A stretch of DNA of 64,000 bases from Terriglobia bacterium (GTDB taxonomy: Bacteria; Acidobacteriota; Terriglobia; 20CM-2-55-15), in assembly GCA_965218585.1 (NCBI GenBank), contig CBDCLE010000022.1, positions 125,526-189,525 of the forward strand, read 5' to 3'. Below are positions 42,526 to 54,749 of this stretch, one piece after another; the first letter of the stretch is position 1; each line of letters begins with the position of its first letter. A model generated the notes under the pieces. It did no database searches and was not told where the DNA came from. It was given only the letters and a program-made list of their open reading frames with translations. The position numbers and the translations under genes are program-made.

Positions 42526-43803
42526 CTAGTCAGCCTCCCGCAAGATACCCTCCAGAACGCTCAGGTTGCCGTCGATTTCTTCGCCGATATCGAGGTCCAG
42601 AATTTCCATGAGGAGCGGGTAGATGTGGATATTTTCGAAGCTGGGAACCGAGGCTTCCCGGATGATCTGGGGGCCATGGGCGTAGAAGATTCCGTGCATG
42701 TCGCCGAGTCGATACGGATCGTAGCCATGTGAAGCCGCCTGTAGAGGCGCATTCGTCTCCTGGAGGCGAATCGAGTACTGGGGGTTGGCCTCAACGACGA
42801 TATCTCCGATCCGTTCGTCGGTGAGATGCCACGATGCAGGAGTATCTTCCCTTCTGTAGACGCGGTAGTTGTTTTCCTGGGCTTTCAGTTCAGAGAAAAG
42901 TTCCGATCTTCGCCCGGCGTCATTCACATAAAGAAAACTGTGGTCGCCAGTACCGACGACACGGATTCCCGCGAGGTCGATAAGATCTTTCAGGTAAATG
43001 ATTTTTTCGGGATCGAGATCCGTCATGCCATGGTCAGAGACGACGAAAACGTTGATATCGATGTCGTCGAGTCGGTCGATCCGATCGAAAAGGGACCCCA
43101 GCTGGCGGTCCAGGCCCTCGATCGCTTCTCGCAGTTCTGCGGATGCCGTTCCTCGATCATGGCCGGCTGAATCCACCGCGGAGAAGTAGAGCGTGATCAG
43201 GTGGGGACGGTACTCCCTCGGATACGAAAGCCATTCCACGACTGCATCGATGCGGTCGGAGTGTGAGACCGAGCCGTCGTATCGGTGATAGTAAGTAGGT
43301 CGTACTTGCTGGACGTCGGCTTCCGAACCCACCCAGAAATAGCTGGCCGAAACCATTCCCTGTTGTTCTGCCGCTACCCAGAGCGGTGTGCCCCGGTACC
43401 ACGAACCATCCTCAACCGTTTCGATATCTCCCAGGCTGTACTCGGATCCCCGCACACGGTCGAAGAAGCTATTTGCGACGATACCGTGAGTGCCCGGATA
43501 CATGCCCGTCGCGATTCCGTAGTGATTGGGAAAGGTCTCCGAGGGAAATGACGGAATCAGGCTATCTGCACGAACGCCCTTGCTGGAAAAACTCTCAAGG
43601 TTTGGTGCGTCGTAGAGGTCCGTATAGTCATGACGGAATCCGTCGAGAGAAATCAGCAAGACATAGGGCTTGTCCAGGTGCTGGGGAGCGTTGGCCCGCC
43701 CGTAGGTCGTTTCTGACTGGGAGGCCGATACCGGAGGCTGATCGCAGCCCCACGTCAGACTGAGTACGCTGAAGGCGAACCCTATTCTGAGCAGTTTCTT
43801 CAT
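42526..43803 (-). CDS. Nucleotide pyrophosphatase/phosphodiesterase (alkaline phosphatase superfamily) lipoprotein
   Basis: Lipobox-like WGC; ISLDGFR, TFPNHY, SDHGM, HGY. Confidence 0.88.
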   Translation of the reverse strand: MKKLLRIGFAFSVLSLTWGCDQPPVSASQSETTYGRANAPQHLDKPYVLLISLDGFRHDYTDLYDAPNLESFSSKGVRADSLIPSFPSETFPNHYGIATGMYPGTHGIVANSFFDRVRGSEYSLGDIETVEDGSWYRGTPLWVAAEQQGMVSASYFWVGSEADVQQVRPTYYHRYDGSVSHSDRIDAVVEWLSYPREYRPHLITLYFSAVDSAGHDRGTASAELREAIEGLDRQLGSLFDRIDRLDDIDINVFVVSDHGMTDLDPEKIIYLKDLIDLAGIRVVGTGDHSFLYVNDAGRRSELFSELKAQENNYRVYRREDTPASWHLTDERIGDIVVEANPQYSIRLQETNAPLQAASHGYDPYRLGDMHGIFYAHGPQIIREASVPSFENIHIYPLLMEILDLDIGEEIDGNLSVLEGILREAD

Positions 43804-43894
43804 GATGATCCCGAAGACAATGGCGGGCCTTTTCCAAGGTATAAGAAACCTCGTGAGTGGTCAAATTTTCAGGGAGGGAACTGTGTGCAGGAGG

Positions 43895-43924
43895 TGTGAG
43901 TGAGGGCCTCGGCCCTCACTCACA
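43895..43924 (-). terminator. Perfect 14-bp hairpin after oxidoreductase operon
   Basis: TGTGAGTGAGGGCC-TC-GGCCCTCACTCACA. Confidence 0.6.
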
Positions 43925-43929
43925 AGATC

Positions 43930-45525
43930 TTATTCCACGACGCCGGCCAGTTCCTGGAGCAGATGCCAGTTTTCCAACCGCTCCTGCTGGGTGGCGAGCA
44001 TCGTTTCTGACGGGTTGCCTTCTTTGTCGAAGTGTTTTCTGAATCGCCCTTCGCTTCGAGCAAAAGTGACAAAGTCTATCGGTTCTTTCGTCTTGGGATG
44101 GACGTACCAGTCGGCCTTGACATTGGGGTTGCCGGCCAGGCTCAGCCGCTCTTTGAACCGGGATCCTTTCCGCGGGTCGTAAATGAACACGGGAAAAGTC
44201 CGTGAGTCTGCTGCCAATTTCGCCTGATGCATCGCCATATCGTCCGCAACACCGTGCTCGGGCTGGCATGTCGTGAAAACGTTGACGATCGCTGGGCCCG
44301 GAAATTCGTTGGCCTCCATGATGGCCTTGTAGAAATGGTTCGTGTGCGCACACGTCGTCTGAGCGACGTAAACGTCCTTGTGCATCATGGCGATGTTGGC
44401 CAGTTCTTTCCGGTTTTCTTTCTTCCCGGGAATCACCTTGCCATGCGCGCTCATCTTGGCTTCTTGTCCCTTGAAAGAACTGGTCGAAGCCTGGCCGCCC
44501 GTATTGGAGTAAACCTGCGTATCGAGGACGAGGACCTTGATGTCCGAGCCTGCGGCAAACATGCGGGACAGGGACTGGAACCCGATGTCGTTCATCGCGC
44601 CGTCACCTCCAATTACCCAGAGACGTTTGTTCTCCCAGCCCAGCTGGTCCCATCGGGCACGCACACCCATCGCATCGGCAGGGGCGTTTTCAAACAACGA
44701 GTTCGTCCAGGAAACGTTGTACGGGTTGTACGGGTACGTCGAGGTGTAGACGGTGTTGCAGCCGGTCGCCGCGACCATCCCTATGTTTTCCTGCCCGTAG
44801 ACGAAACCGGTCGCTGCCAGCATCATTCTCAGCGCGGTTGCTTCACCGCACCCCATGCAGGACCCTGCGCCGCCGACATACAGCAAGGAGCGCTCGGCCA
44901 GCATCATGTCGGCCAGGGCTCTCTCGTTGATGAATTTGTCGGGGGTTTCGGGAATTTCTCTGTAGAAGTTGAATGCCCGCTTGTACCAGTCCAGGTTTTC
45001 GTCGTCCTTCCGGATCATCTTCAGCGCGTCGTGGTCGCCACAGGCGTCCACGCACTCGGCGCATCCCTTGCACTTGCTCGGATCGATGAAGATGCCGAAC
45101 TTTCCGCCGCCAAGGCCTTTCTTTTCGAGCACCTTGAAATACTTGTTCGTAATCGACCACTGGTCGGCCATGGAAGCCCGCTCTTTTTCGTCCTCGATCG
45201 CCCCCAGGTGCTGCTCCAGAACATCGGGTTCGACCGCCTTGGCCAGAATCGCCGTGTCCGGACACTGGGTGACACAGTCCATGCAGCCCACGCAGTTGTC
45301 GTTGAGGAATTCGGGGATGTCCGGCGCAATGTAGCTGAAATCGCGCAGCGCCCCGGTTCCGCCTGGGATGATGCTTCGCGCCACAGCGTCGTCGGCGACC
45401 AGATCTTTCTCGGCAGTGCCGTTGTTATAAGCCTCGACGACCCGATCGTTGAAATCTTGAACATCGACAACGTTCAGTCGGATGTCTTCTTTCAGTTCTT
45501 CCAGGGTTCGTTCGGTTGTGCTCAC
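43930..45525 (-). CDS. Pyruvate/2-oxoacid:ferredoxin oxidoreductase, ferredoxin plus TPP-binding subunit
   Basis: CVGCMDCVTQCP, CKGCAECVDAC, SCMGCGE, GGDGAM.DIG, YSNTGGQ. Confidence 0.9.
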   Translation of the reverse strand: MSTTERTLEELKEDIRLNVVDVQDFNDRVVEAYNNGTAEKDLVADDAVARSIIPGGTGALRDFSYIAPDIPEFLNDNCVGCMDCVTQCPDTAILAKAVEPDVLEQHLGAIEDEKERASMADQWSITNKYFKVLEKKGLGGGKFGIFIDPSKCKGCAECVDACGDHDALKMIRKDDENLDWYKRAFNFYREIPETPDKFINERALADMMLAERSLLYVGGAGSCMGCGEATALRMMLAATGFVYGQENIGMVAATGCNTVYTSTYPYNPYNVSWTNSLFENAPADAMGVRARWDQLGWENKRLWVIGGDGAMNDIGFQSLSRMFAAGSDIKVLVLDTQVYSNTGGQASTSSFKGQEAKMSAHGKVIPGKKENRKELANIAMMHKDVYVAQTTCAHTNHFYKAIMEANEFPGPAIVNVFTTCQPEHGVADDMAMHQAKLAADSRTFPVFIYDPRKGSRFKERLSLAGNPNVKADWYVHPKTKEPIDFVTFARSEGRFRKHFDKEGNPSETMLATQQERLENWHLLQELAGVVE

Positions 45526-45564
45526 TAGAGTCTCCTCTCTCTTGCCGGACAGCGTGTGATCAGC

Positions 45565-47580
45565 CTAGGACGTTACCGCACCGTCGGCCTCGGCCGTCGA
45601 TAGCATGACCTCGCTGGGAACTTCCAGGACTTCGTCGTAGCCTCGAGACACTGCATTCAGATTGTCCTGGACCACCTGTTCTCCGCGTTTGCCAAAATAC
45701 TTCCGCAGAGATTTCTCGACGCCTTCAAAGAGCCTTTCCCGGCTGATACCAGATTCTGCCTGGAAGGGCGTGATTCGCATGAAAACACCGAGAAGCACAA
45801 TCCCCTGCATCCTCTGCTGAAGGTCGGCCTGTGAAGAGCATTCCTTTGCGATCTGGACCGTGTCCAGAGCAAACAGCCGCGCATGCTTGTTCAACATGAA
45901 CGCCCGCGCCCATGACGGTATGGCTTCCCAGATATCTTTGCCGTCCGTCCGCTGGCTCTGGACGAAGACCATGCCGTTATCGGCCAGTCCCAGGAGCGGG
46001 TTTTCCAGGTTGAAAGCGTTCACATCGTTCAGGGGAATGAATTCGACGTTCTCCAGTTCGGAGTGCAGCCGGATATGTTCTTTGGCGATGGTCAGGTAGT
46101 AGGTCGTGGGCAGGCCTTTCTTTTCCGATCCATACTTCGGATATGCCTGCACGTCCATTCCGAAGACCTCGCCGGTTATCGTCGCAATGACCTTGTTCGT
46201 TGTGACCGATCCGTACCCCCCGACCGAGTGTCCCCGCATCGAAAACGATCCTGGCGACCGTACGTCCGGGTCGTCATTGATCGTGAGCGCCGTCTCGTGC
46301 TTGATGCCCAGCGTGAAGTAGTGCCTCGGGCTTTCGCTTAGCATGTTATCCATCACCGCCTTGAAATCACCGGAACGGACGTCACGGCTACCCAACCCTG
46401 CGGAACCGCCGTAGAAGCGAGGCATCTGGATGAGGCTTGGGAACCCGGGTGTCTGGGCCGCGGCGTCGGCGAAAGCAGCCTTGGTCTCAGCCAGGAAGGG
46501 GTTCGAGCCCATCATCGGGACGTCCAGTCGCTCGATCACCGAGACTGCCGAGACGTGGCGGAGAGCTTCGACAATCTCGATGGCTGGAAAAGGCCGGAAA
46601 CAGGTCAGGTGCAGCAACCCTACTTTCCAACCGAAGCGCTCACGCATGTAATCGATGGCGGCTTCACCGGTTTCCATCATGCAGCCGGATCCGACGATGG
46701 CGTATTCGGCGTCCTCGAGTCTGTATGGGGTGACCACGTCGTAACGGCGTCCGGTGGACCGATAGAATTCGTCCATCACCGACTTGAGTGTGGGCAGAAC
46801 GCGGTCGTAATACCTTCGCTGGGCAATCTTGCCCTTCATGTAGCTGTCCTGGTTCTGGACAACGCCCGACATGAGCGGAATTCTGGGGTCCATGAAGTTG
46901 CGGATCTTGTCGCCCGAATCTCCAACGAACTGTTTCATGAATTCCGGTTCGGGCAATCGCACGTTTTCGATCGTGTGGGTTGTCAGGAATCCGTCCTGAA
47001 CGTTCAGGAAAGGGGTTTCCGTATCTTCGGCAGCCCTGCGGGATATCAACGCCAGATCCCCTGCTTCCTGCGCGTTCCGGCCAAACAGGATTCCCCAGCC
47101 ACAGTCGGCAACCGCGTAGACGTCGTCGTGACCAGTGTGGACATTGAGGGACTGGGAGGTGATCGCCCTGGCGCCGATGTGAAATACGATCGGCAGGCGC
47201 TTGCCGGATATCGTGTAGAGGACCTCCTTCATCAGAACGAGTCCCTGACCGGAGGTGAAATTGGTCGCCCTACCGCCCGCGACGGCGAATCCCTCGCACG
47301 TAGTCGCTGCGCTGTGCTCGGATTCGGGCTCGATAAAGGCCAGTTCGCGCTCCCACATGTTCTTGTGGCCGTTGGATACGGCTACCTGGTATCCGCTGCC
47401 CATTGTCGTCGAGGAGGTGATCGGATACGCGCAAGCGCCGTCGGTGATGTGGGTTTCGACCCAGACCACCATTCCCGCGCCATCGGCGGTCGTCGGAATA
47501 CCGGGGAAGGGGACCTTAGGCTGATCTGAGGTTTCGTCTATCTGTGCGCCTGGAGTCTTGCCGTCCAGAGTTGTGCTCAT
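45565..47580 (-). CDS. Pyruvate/2-oxoacid:ferredoxin oxidoreductase, alpha plus gamma subunit
   Basis: AYPITSST, ESEHSAA, FTSGQGL, DGFLTTH, GGYGSVTTNK, YGSEKKG. Confidence 0.9.
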   Translation of the reverse strand: MSTTLDGKTPGAQIDETSDQPKVPFPGIPTTADGAGMVVWVETHITDGACAYPITSSTTMGSGYQVAVSNGHKNMWERELAFIEPESEHSAATTCEGFAVAGGRATNFTSGQGLVLMKEVLYTISGKRLPIVFHIGARAITSQSLNVHTGHDDVYAVADCGWGILFGRNAQEAGDLALISRRAAEDTETPFLNVQDGFLTTHTIENVRLPEPEFMKQFVGDSGDKIRNFMDPRIPLMSGVVQNQDSYMKGKIAQRRYYDRVLPTLKSVMDEFYRSTGRRYDVVTPYRLEDAEYAIVGSGCMMETGEAAIDYMRERFGWKVGLLHLTCFRPFPAIEIVEALRHVSAVSVIERLDVPMMGSNPFLAETKAAFADAAAQTPGFPSLIQMPRFYGGSAGLGSRDVRSGDFKAVMDNMLSESPRHYFTLGIKHETALTINDDPDVRSPGSFSMRGHSVGGYGSVTTNKVIATITGEVFGMDVQAYPKYGSEKKGLPTTYYLTIAKEHIRLHSELENVEFIPLNDVNAFNLENPLLGLADNGMVFVQSQRTDGKDIWEAIPSWARAFMLNKHARLFALDTVQIAKECSSQADLQQRMQGIVLLGVFMRITPFQAESGISRERLFEGVEKSLRKYFGKRGEQVVQDNLNAVSRGYDEVLEVPSEVMLSTAEADGAVTS

Positions 47581-47819
47581 AAGAATAATGTCTCCCCTTC
47601 ATTCGTAATTAATGAGGGACCGGTAGCAGCTATTTTACCAGAATGACGGCACTCTGTCATGTCGGGCCGGGGGGGCAGGAGTATTGGGCCGCCGGTTGCA
47701 ACACTTTTGCAATGAATACGTTATTGAATTTAGGGAGGGTCAATTCTCGCCCAGGAGCGTCACCGTTTGCGCCCTACCGGACGGTGAGATCAATGCCACG
47801 CCCGACTGGGAGACGAAAG

Positions 47820-48311
47820 TCATCGATCCGGATGAGGACTGGCCCGCGACGCCGCTGAACATAACAAACTGAGTGGTCCAACCCCCTGTATCTCCCAGGC
47901 CTCTCCCACGTCGCGCGAGCGAAACAGACCGGAGCTGGAGGAAGCGAAGAACAGGTCGTTGTCGGTGGGGTGAGCAAGCAATTGATCCAGGACGAACACA
48001 TTCAAGGTCAGTTCGGGCCGTGCGAAGCCCTCGCTGTTGACGTGTCGCCAGGTAAGACCACCGTCGATGCTCTTGTCGATGCCTCCAACATCCTGTCCCA
48101 AAAGGATGATGTCAGGGTCGGTGTTGTGGAAGGCCGCCGCGAAGACTCCACCACCGCCACCGGGCCCCAGGCTCCGAACGTTGGTGACTGTGTCTCGGGC
48201 CAGTGAGATTGCGCTTCCCCAGAGGAGGATCAGGGGAAGCGAGAGCAGGCGGGGCCATTTCCATGACGACTCAAGTAATAGCAACACAGCTCTCCAGAGA
48301 AATAGATCCAT
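47820..48311 (-). pseudogene. N-terminal fragment of a BNR/Asp-box beta-propeller protein
   Basis: GPGGGG, DVGG..KSIDGGLTW, SRDVGEAW, then sequence stops resembling the family. Confidence 0.6.
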
Positions 48312-48399
48312 CGCCTCCGACAGAAACGTGTCATAAGATGCCGTAAGATTTACGCCCGTTCAAGAGTTCAGAGTTTTCTCAAGTCAGGAGAAGCACAGC

Positions 48400-49098
48400 T
48401 TGAAACCACCCACGATTGTTATTGAACATCGATTCCACGGCCCTAAGAAATCGGCCAACGGCGGCTACACATGTGGTCGGCTTGCGGAATTCATTGACGG
48501 ACCCGCGCGGGTCCGACTGAGGGTTCCGCCTCCGCTGGACGTGGAATTTGAGGTAAGCCGGACCCAATCCGGTGTGTCCATGATGCGGGATGGCGAACTG
48601 ATAGCCGAGGCGTGGCCCGGCAAGCCCGAACTGGAGGTTCCCGAACCTCCAAGTCTCGAGGACGCTCGGGCCGCCTCACGTTCATATACCGGGTTCAAGA
48701 ACCACCGGTACTCTACCTGTTTCGTATGCGGGCCCGATCAGGAAGATGGCGGTCTCGGGATCTTTGCCGGCCATGTTCCGGGACGGGATATGGTTGCCTC
48801 AGCCTGGACGCCTGACCCATCACTGGCCACCGAAGGGCAGCACGTGGACCCTGTATTTCTGTGGTCTGTTCTCGATTGTCCGGGAGGGTTCGCGTTTCCG
48901 GAGCCGGAGGAAGGTTCGATCCTTCTGGGAGAACTTACAGTGGATCTCCTGGGGACTGCACGTGTGGGCGAAACTCATGTCGTGATCGGTTGGGAGTTTG
49001 ACCGGGATGGCAGAAAGCACCATACGGGTACGGCCCTGTTTTCCCGAGCGAGTGAGTGCGTCGGCATTGGAAGGGCCATCTGGTTCGAAGTGCCTTAG
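48400..49098 (+). CDS. Hotdog-fold thioesterase-like protein
   Basis: RFHGP..SANGGY, CFVCG, LDCPG, DGRKH. Confidence 0.75.
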   Translation: MKPPTIVIEHRFHGPKKSANGGYTCGRLAEFIDGPARVRLRVPPPLDVEFEVSRTQSGVSMMRDGELIAEAWPGKPELEVPEPPSLEDARAASRSYTGFKNHRYSTCFVCGPDQEDGGLGIFAGHVPGRDMVASAWTPDPSLATEGQHVDPVFLWSVLDCPGGFAFPEPEEGSILLGELTVDLLGTARVGETHVVIGWEFDRDGRKHHTGTALFSRASECVGIGRAIWFEVP

Positions 49099-49282
49099 TC
49101 ACCTGGGTATATCGAAACATCGGAACCACTTCAAAGGGACAATTTGTCGAGGCACCAGGCCAAGCCCTAAGTTTATTTGCCTCCGACCCAGAGCCCCCCT
49201 TTTGGGGGTTTGACAGAGAGTCCGGGCGTCTGTACGATGCGGGACTTGGATTAGTGTCCTTACCTCGGAGGGGAGAAATTCG

Positions 49283-49771
49283 ATGAAATTGAGAGCGTAT
49301 TGTGTTTGTTTGGGGATGGTTGGTCTTTTGTTATCCGCTTGTGGCGGGGAGCCGGAATCTGCGCCCGCACCCGAACCCGCACCTGAGGTCGCCGAACCTG
49401 TCGCGTCCGGAGATCCATTGAGTGGAACCTGGACTGGTGATTGGGGACCGGCACCCGATGATCGAAACGATGTCGTTGTCGACCTAGCCTGGGACGGTAC
49501 AACGCTGAGCGGCACCGTGAACCCCGGTCCGAATGGCGTGGAACTGATGAACACGGCGTTCGACACCGCAACTAATACGATCACGATGGAAGCCGATGCC
49601 GAGAGCTTCAGGGGGCCCGTGCACTACATGATCGAAGGAACACTGGAGGGGAGCACGATTTCGGGCAGCTGGGGCCACGACGACGTGACTGGCGATTTTA
49701 TGATCATGATGGGTGGGGAAGAAGCTGAAGAGGCCGAGGAAGACGCCGACGGAGAAATGCCCGGAGAGTAG
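49283..49771 (+). CDS. Lipoprotein of unknown function
   Basis: LSAC lipobox, Pro-rich linker, LSGTWTGDWGP. Confidence 0.75.
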   Translation: MKLRAYCVCLGMVGLLLSACGGEPESAPAPEPAPEVAEPVASGDPLSGTWTGDWGPAPDDRNDVVVDLAWDGTTLSGTVNPGPNGVELMNTAFDTATNTITMEADAESFRGPVHYMIEGTLEGSTISGSWGHDDVTGDFMIMMGGEEAEEAEEDADGEMPGE

Positions 49772-49826
49772 TTGTCGGAGGGTTCGGGCCCACCCAGCTG
49801 GCTGAGGGCTGGAAGCGGCCGGCGTG

Positions 49827-52067
<2,241 letters not shown>

Positions 52068-52227
52068 CTTTCTCCGTCGCCGTATGTTGTGGCTATGTCC
52101 GCGAAACCAACCGAGTAGTATAGCTGAACAACTGGGCGATGCCGTCGTAGGGTCGGATTCGGGTAATGGTCTATTAGATTGTTGCTGCCTGTAGACACAC
52201 AACAAGCCTTGTAGTATCCTCCCACCC

Positions 52228-52395
52228 ATGAAATGCCCACACTGCGGAGAAACCATTCCCCGAAAATTGATCGTAGCTGAATCCGGCAGGATCGGCGGCA
52301 AGAAAACCGCTAAGCACGGCTCCGAATACTTCCGACAGCTTCAGGCGAAGCGAAAGACGAAGGCGGGCGGCAGGCCGCCGAATATATCACAATAG
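52228..52395 (+). CDS. 55-aa basic protein with CxxC and GRxGG motifs
   Basis: Manual translation [51 protein letters not shown]; below ORF-track cutoff. Confidence 0.7.
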   Translation: MKCPHCGETIPRKLIVAESGRIGGKKTAKHGSEYFRQLQAKRKTKAGGRPPNISQ

Positions 52396-52516
52396 CGGGA
52401 ATCTTCTTTCGCCCACAATATCTTGTTACCTACGATCAAACCGGACAGTGTAGGTAATTACTTACGCTCGCGTAGATAATCATTGACGAAAGTACTTTCA
52501 GGCGTACATTTTCGTC

Positions 52517-52912
52517 ATGGAAGCTATTCGAGAGTTAACGAGAATCAAGCAGCGAAAACACGATCAACTGCGTGCATTGCAATTTGAAGTTGACGCGATC
52601 GACAAGGCCATTGAACTCCTTGAACGCGAGGATCAAAGCGAAGGGTCAGCGAGCAAGAGCAAGGAATTCGCCAAGACAGGGTTCGCCGATGGATGCCGTT
52701 CTATCGTCGGTCCTGAATTCATTACGCCACTGGAGGTACGGGATCGATTGATCCGTGGCGGATTCAAACATAAGAGTAAGGCCAAAGCCCTCAGCGGCGT
52801 CTATGCAACGTTAAAACGACTGGCTGGAGCGAATGGGTTGTTCGAGGTTGGAAAACTGAATGGGAAGAAAGCATACCGGGTAAAGCAAAAGCCGGAGCGA
52901 CCGACTATGTAG
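52517..52912 (+). CDS. Hypothetical coiled-coil plus possible winged-helix protein (cargo)
   Basis: 131-aa ORF, TTGACG-N16-TACATT directly upstream, hairpin downstream. Confidence 0.6.
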   Translation: MEAIRELTRIKQRKHDQLRALQFEVDAIDKAIELLEREDQSEGSASKSKEFAKTGFADGCRSIVGPEFITPLEVRDRLIRGGFKHKSKAKALSGVYATLKRLAGANGLFEVGKLNGKKAYRVKQKPERPTM

Positions 52913-53047
52913 TGGTCTGAATATTAAAAGGCCCGCTGCTGCAAACAGCGGGCCTCCGAAACTCCTCACCTAGCATCAATAAGGAGTAATGGTCTATGCC
53001 CAATGCTATCAGGGGACCACCGTCCCGTCAATTCCAAATCAACTTAT

Positions 53048-53136
53048 GGCGCGGTATCCAAGTGGAAAAAGGGTGGTCCCCTGCAAGGGCCTGCCGACCT
53101 AGCACGGCTTCGTGGGTTCGAATCCCATCCGCGCCT
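53048..53136 (+). tRNA. Atypical tRNA-like gene (Cys-like acceptor, long variable arm, irregular anticodon loop)
   Basis: GGCGCGG/CCGCGCC+T, D arm TCC-AAGTGGAAAAA-GGG, GGTCC-CCTGCAA-GGGCC, variable stem GCCG/CGGC, GTGGG-TTCGAAT-CCCAT. Confidence 0.75.
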
Positions 53137-53142
53137 TTTGGC

Positions 53143-53171
53143 TTGACAAACAGCGAGCCTTGTTATTTAAT
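53143..53171 (+). promoter_or_regulatory. Sigma-70 promoter of IS1-like transposase
   Basis: TTGACA-N17-TTTAAT. Confidence 0.6.
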
Positions 53172-53305
53172 GGAGTACATGAAACGAAGGCCCCATCCAG
53201 TGCGGAAACACCAGATGGGGCCATTTCAACTAACCTGCGATTGCTCACAGGATAGCCGACACAGCTTCATTGTGGGCCAATCGCCATCGAAAGGCAAGGC
53301 CCACG

Positions 53306-54254
53306 ATGACATGCTGCTATTGCAAAGCCCACGCGAAGAAATTCGGTAAATTCCGAACCGCTAACGGTGCCGTCCAGAGATACCGCTGCCTGTCTTGTGG
53401 AAAGACCTTCAAGGCGGACGGGCCGCTCGGCGACATGCGTATCTCCGAAGAGAAGGCCGTTCAGATTCTCAAACTGCTCGTGGAAGGGGTCGGGATCAAC
53501 GCTGCGTCACGCCTGACTGGCGTTCACAAGAAAACAGTACTCAGTGTCCTGTCGCTAGCTGGCGAACGCTGTGAGCGGATCATGGATGAGAAGATTCGGA
53601 ATGTCGTGGTCGAGCAAGTCCAGGCAGATGAGATTTGGTCCTTCGTTCACTGCAAACAGAAGAACGTCAGGGAAGGCCGGGATGACCGCGAGATCGGCGA
53701 TCAGTACACATGGATTGCGATAGACCGCGATTCCAAATTGGTCCTGTCTTACATCGTAGGTAAGCGGAGCGCGCTCAATGCGCTCTCCCTGATGACCGAC
53801 CTGTGTGGACGGTTGGCGAATCGAACCCAACTCACAACTGACGGATTCGCGCCATACGTCGGAGCCGCCGAAGATGCGTTTGGCGCGGACATAGACTTTG
53901 CCCAGCTTGTCAAAATCTACGCCAGCCCGATTGAGGAACGACGGGGCCGGTATTCCCCCTCAGAGTGCATCGGGGCAGTCCCAACCAGCGTCACTGGAAA
54001 CCCGGACCCCGAAATGATTTGCACTTCGCACGTCGAACGCGCCAACCTCACGATGCGGACGTTCATTCGAAGGATGACGCGGCTCTGCCTTGGGGTTTTC
54101 AAAGAAGTTAGATAACCTGAAAGCGGCTGTGGCGCTCTACTTCGCGTGGTACAACTTCGTGAGGATTCACGGTAGCCTGAAGGTCACTCCGGCAATGGAA
54201 GCGGGGATCACGGATCACGTCTGGACTTTAGGAGAGTTGATTGCAAACTACTGA
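53306..54254 (+). pseudogene. IS1-family transposase, +1 frameshift in G run near 54093
   Basis: Zn ribbon, HTH, QADEIWSFV, TTDG, TSHVERANLTMR; continuation FSKKLDNL..AVALYFAWYNFVRIH..TPAMEAG. Confidence 0.85.
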
Positions 54255-54574
54255 ATGGCATCCTGTATTATTGGCCGGAGTATCTGCATACCTTGATTCA
54301 TGAACCAGACTAAAACGCTACCAATAATCGCTAGGATACCCCCTACAAGCCATACAACGACTTTCGCGGAATGTACATCCTTAGCGACCTTATTGAGTTT
54401 GTCTCCTTGACTCTTCGATGCTTCCCGTAGGGATTCAACTCGTTCAGTCATCTGTGCCATGGACTTGCTGAGCTCCATGACCATTTCCAAGTATGAGAAA
54501 TCTTGGTGACTTGCTGGATTCGTCTCTGGAAACTTGGGATTCGTCTCGCCAACCTGTTTGGGTTCCTCATCCAT
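54248..54574 (-). CDS. Hypothetical coiled-coil protein with C-terminal TM helix (cargo)
   Basis: 108-aa ORF convergent on the transposase. Confidence 0.6.
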   Translation of the reverse strand: MDEEPKQVGETNPKFPETNPASHQDFSYLEMVMELSKSMAQMTERVESLREASKSQGDKLNKVAKDVHSAKVVVWLVGGILAIIGSVLVWFMNQGMQILRPIIQDAIQ

Positions 54575-54749
54575 CGGTCGCTAGTCCGTTAGGCTCACGT
54601 TCTCTTGACACGGCCATCCATTCCCAAAGATCACTTTGGGCATAACCGAAGTAACCGCTCATGGAGACAACTACTATGCTGTCTAGATCGCCGTTTGATG
54701 CACCCAGCTTGTCACATATCTGCTTTGCAGTTCCTTCGCCAGCGACGAA
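54567..54749 (-). pseudogene. 5'-truncated cargo ORF abutting the right IR
   Basis: FVAGEGTAKQICDKLG...SGYFGYAQSDLWEWMA; stop overlaps next ATG; TAG immediately upstream within IR. Confidence 0.45.

Noticed and set aside
47643-47660. ATGAC-N8-GTCAT palindrome upstream of the oxidoreductase operon
   Set aside because: Single short instance that I cannot assign to a regulator
52068-52301. N-terminal extension of IDH to 824 aa
   Set aside because: Homology starts at [11 protein letters not shown] (52067); the extension crosses the IS1-like element end
54085-54115. Programmed frameshift in the IS1 transposase
   Set aside because: The IS1 insA-insB shift occurs at A6C before the catalytic domain; this one is in a G run late in the gene, so mutation or sequencing error is more likely
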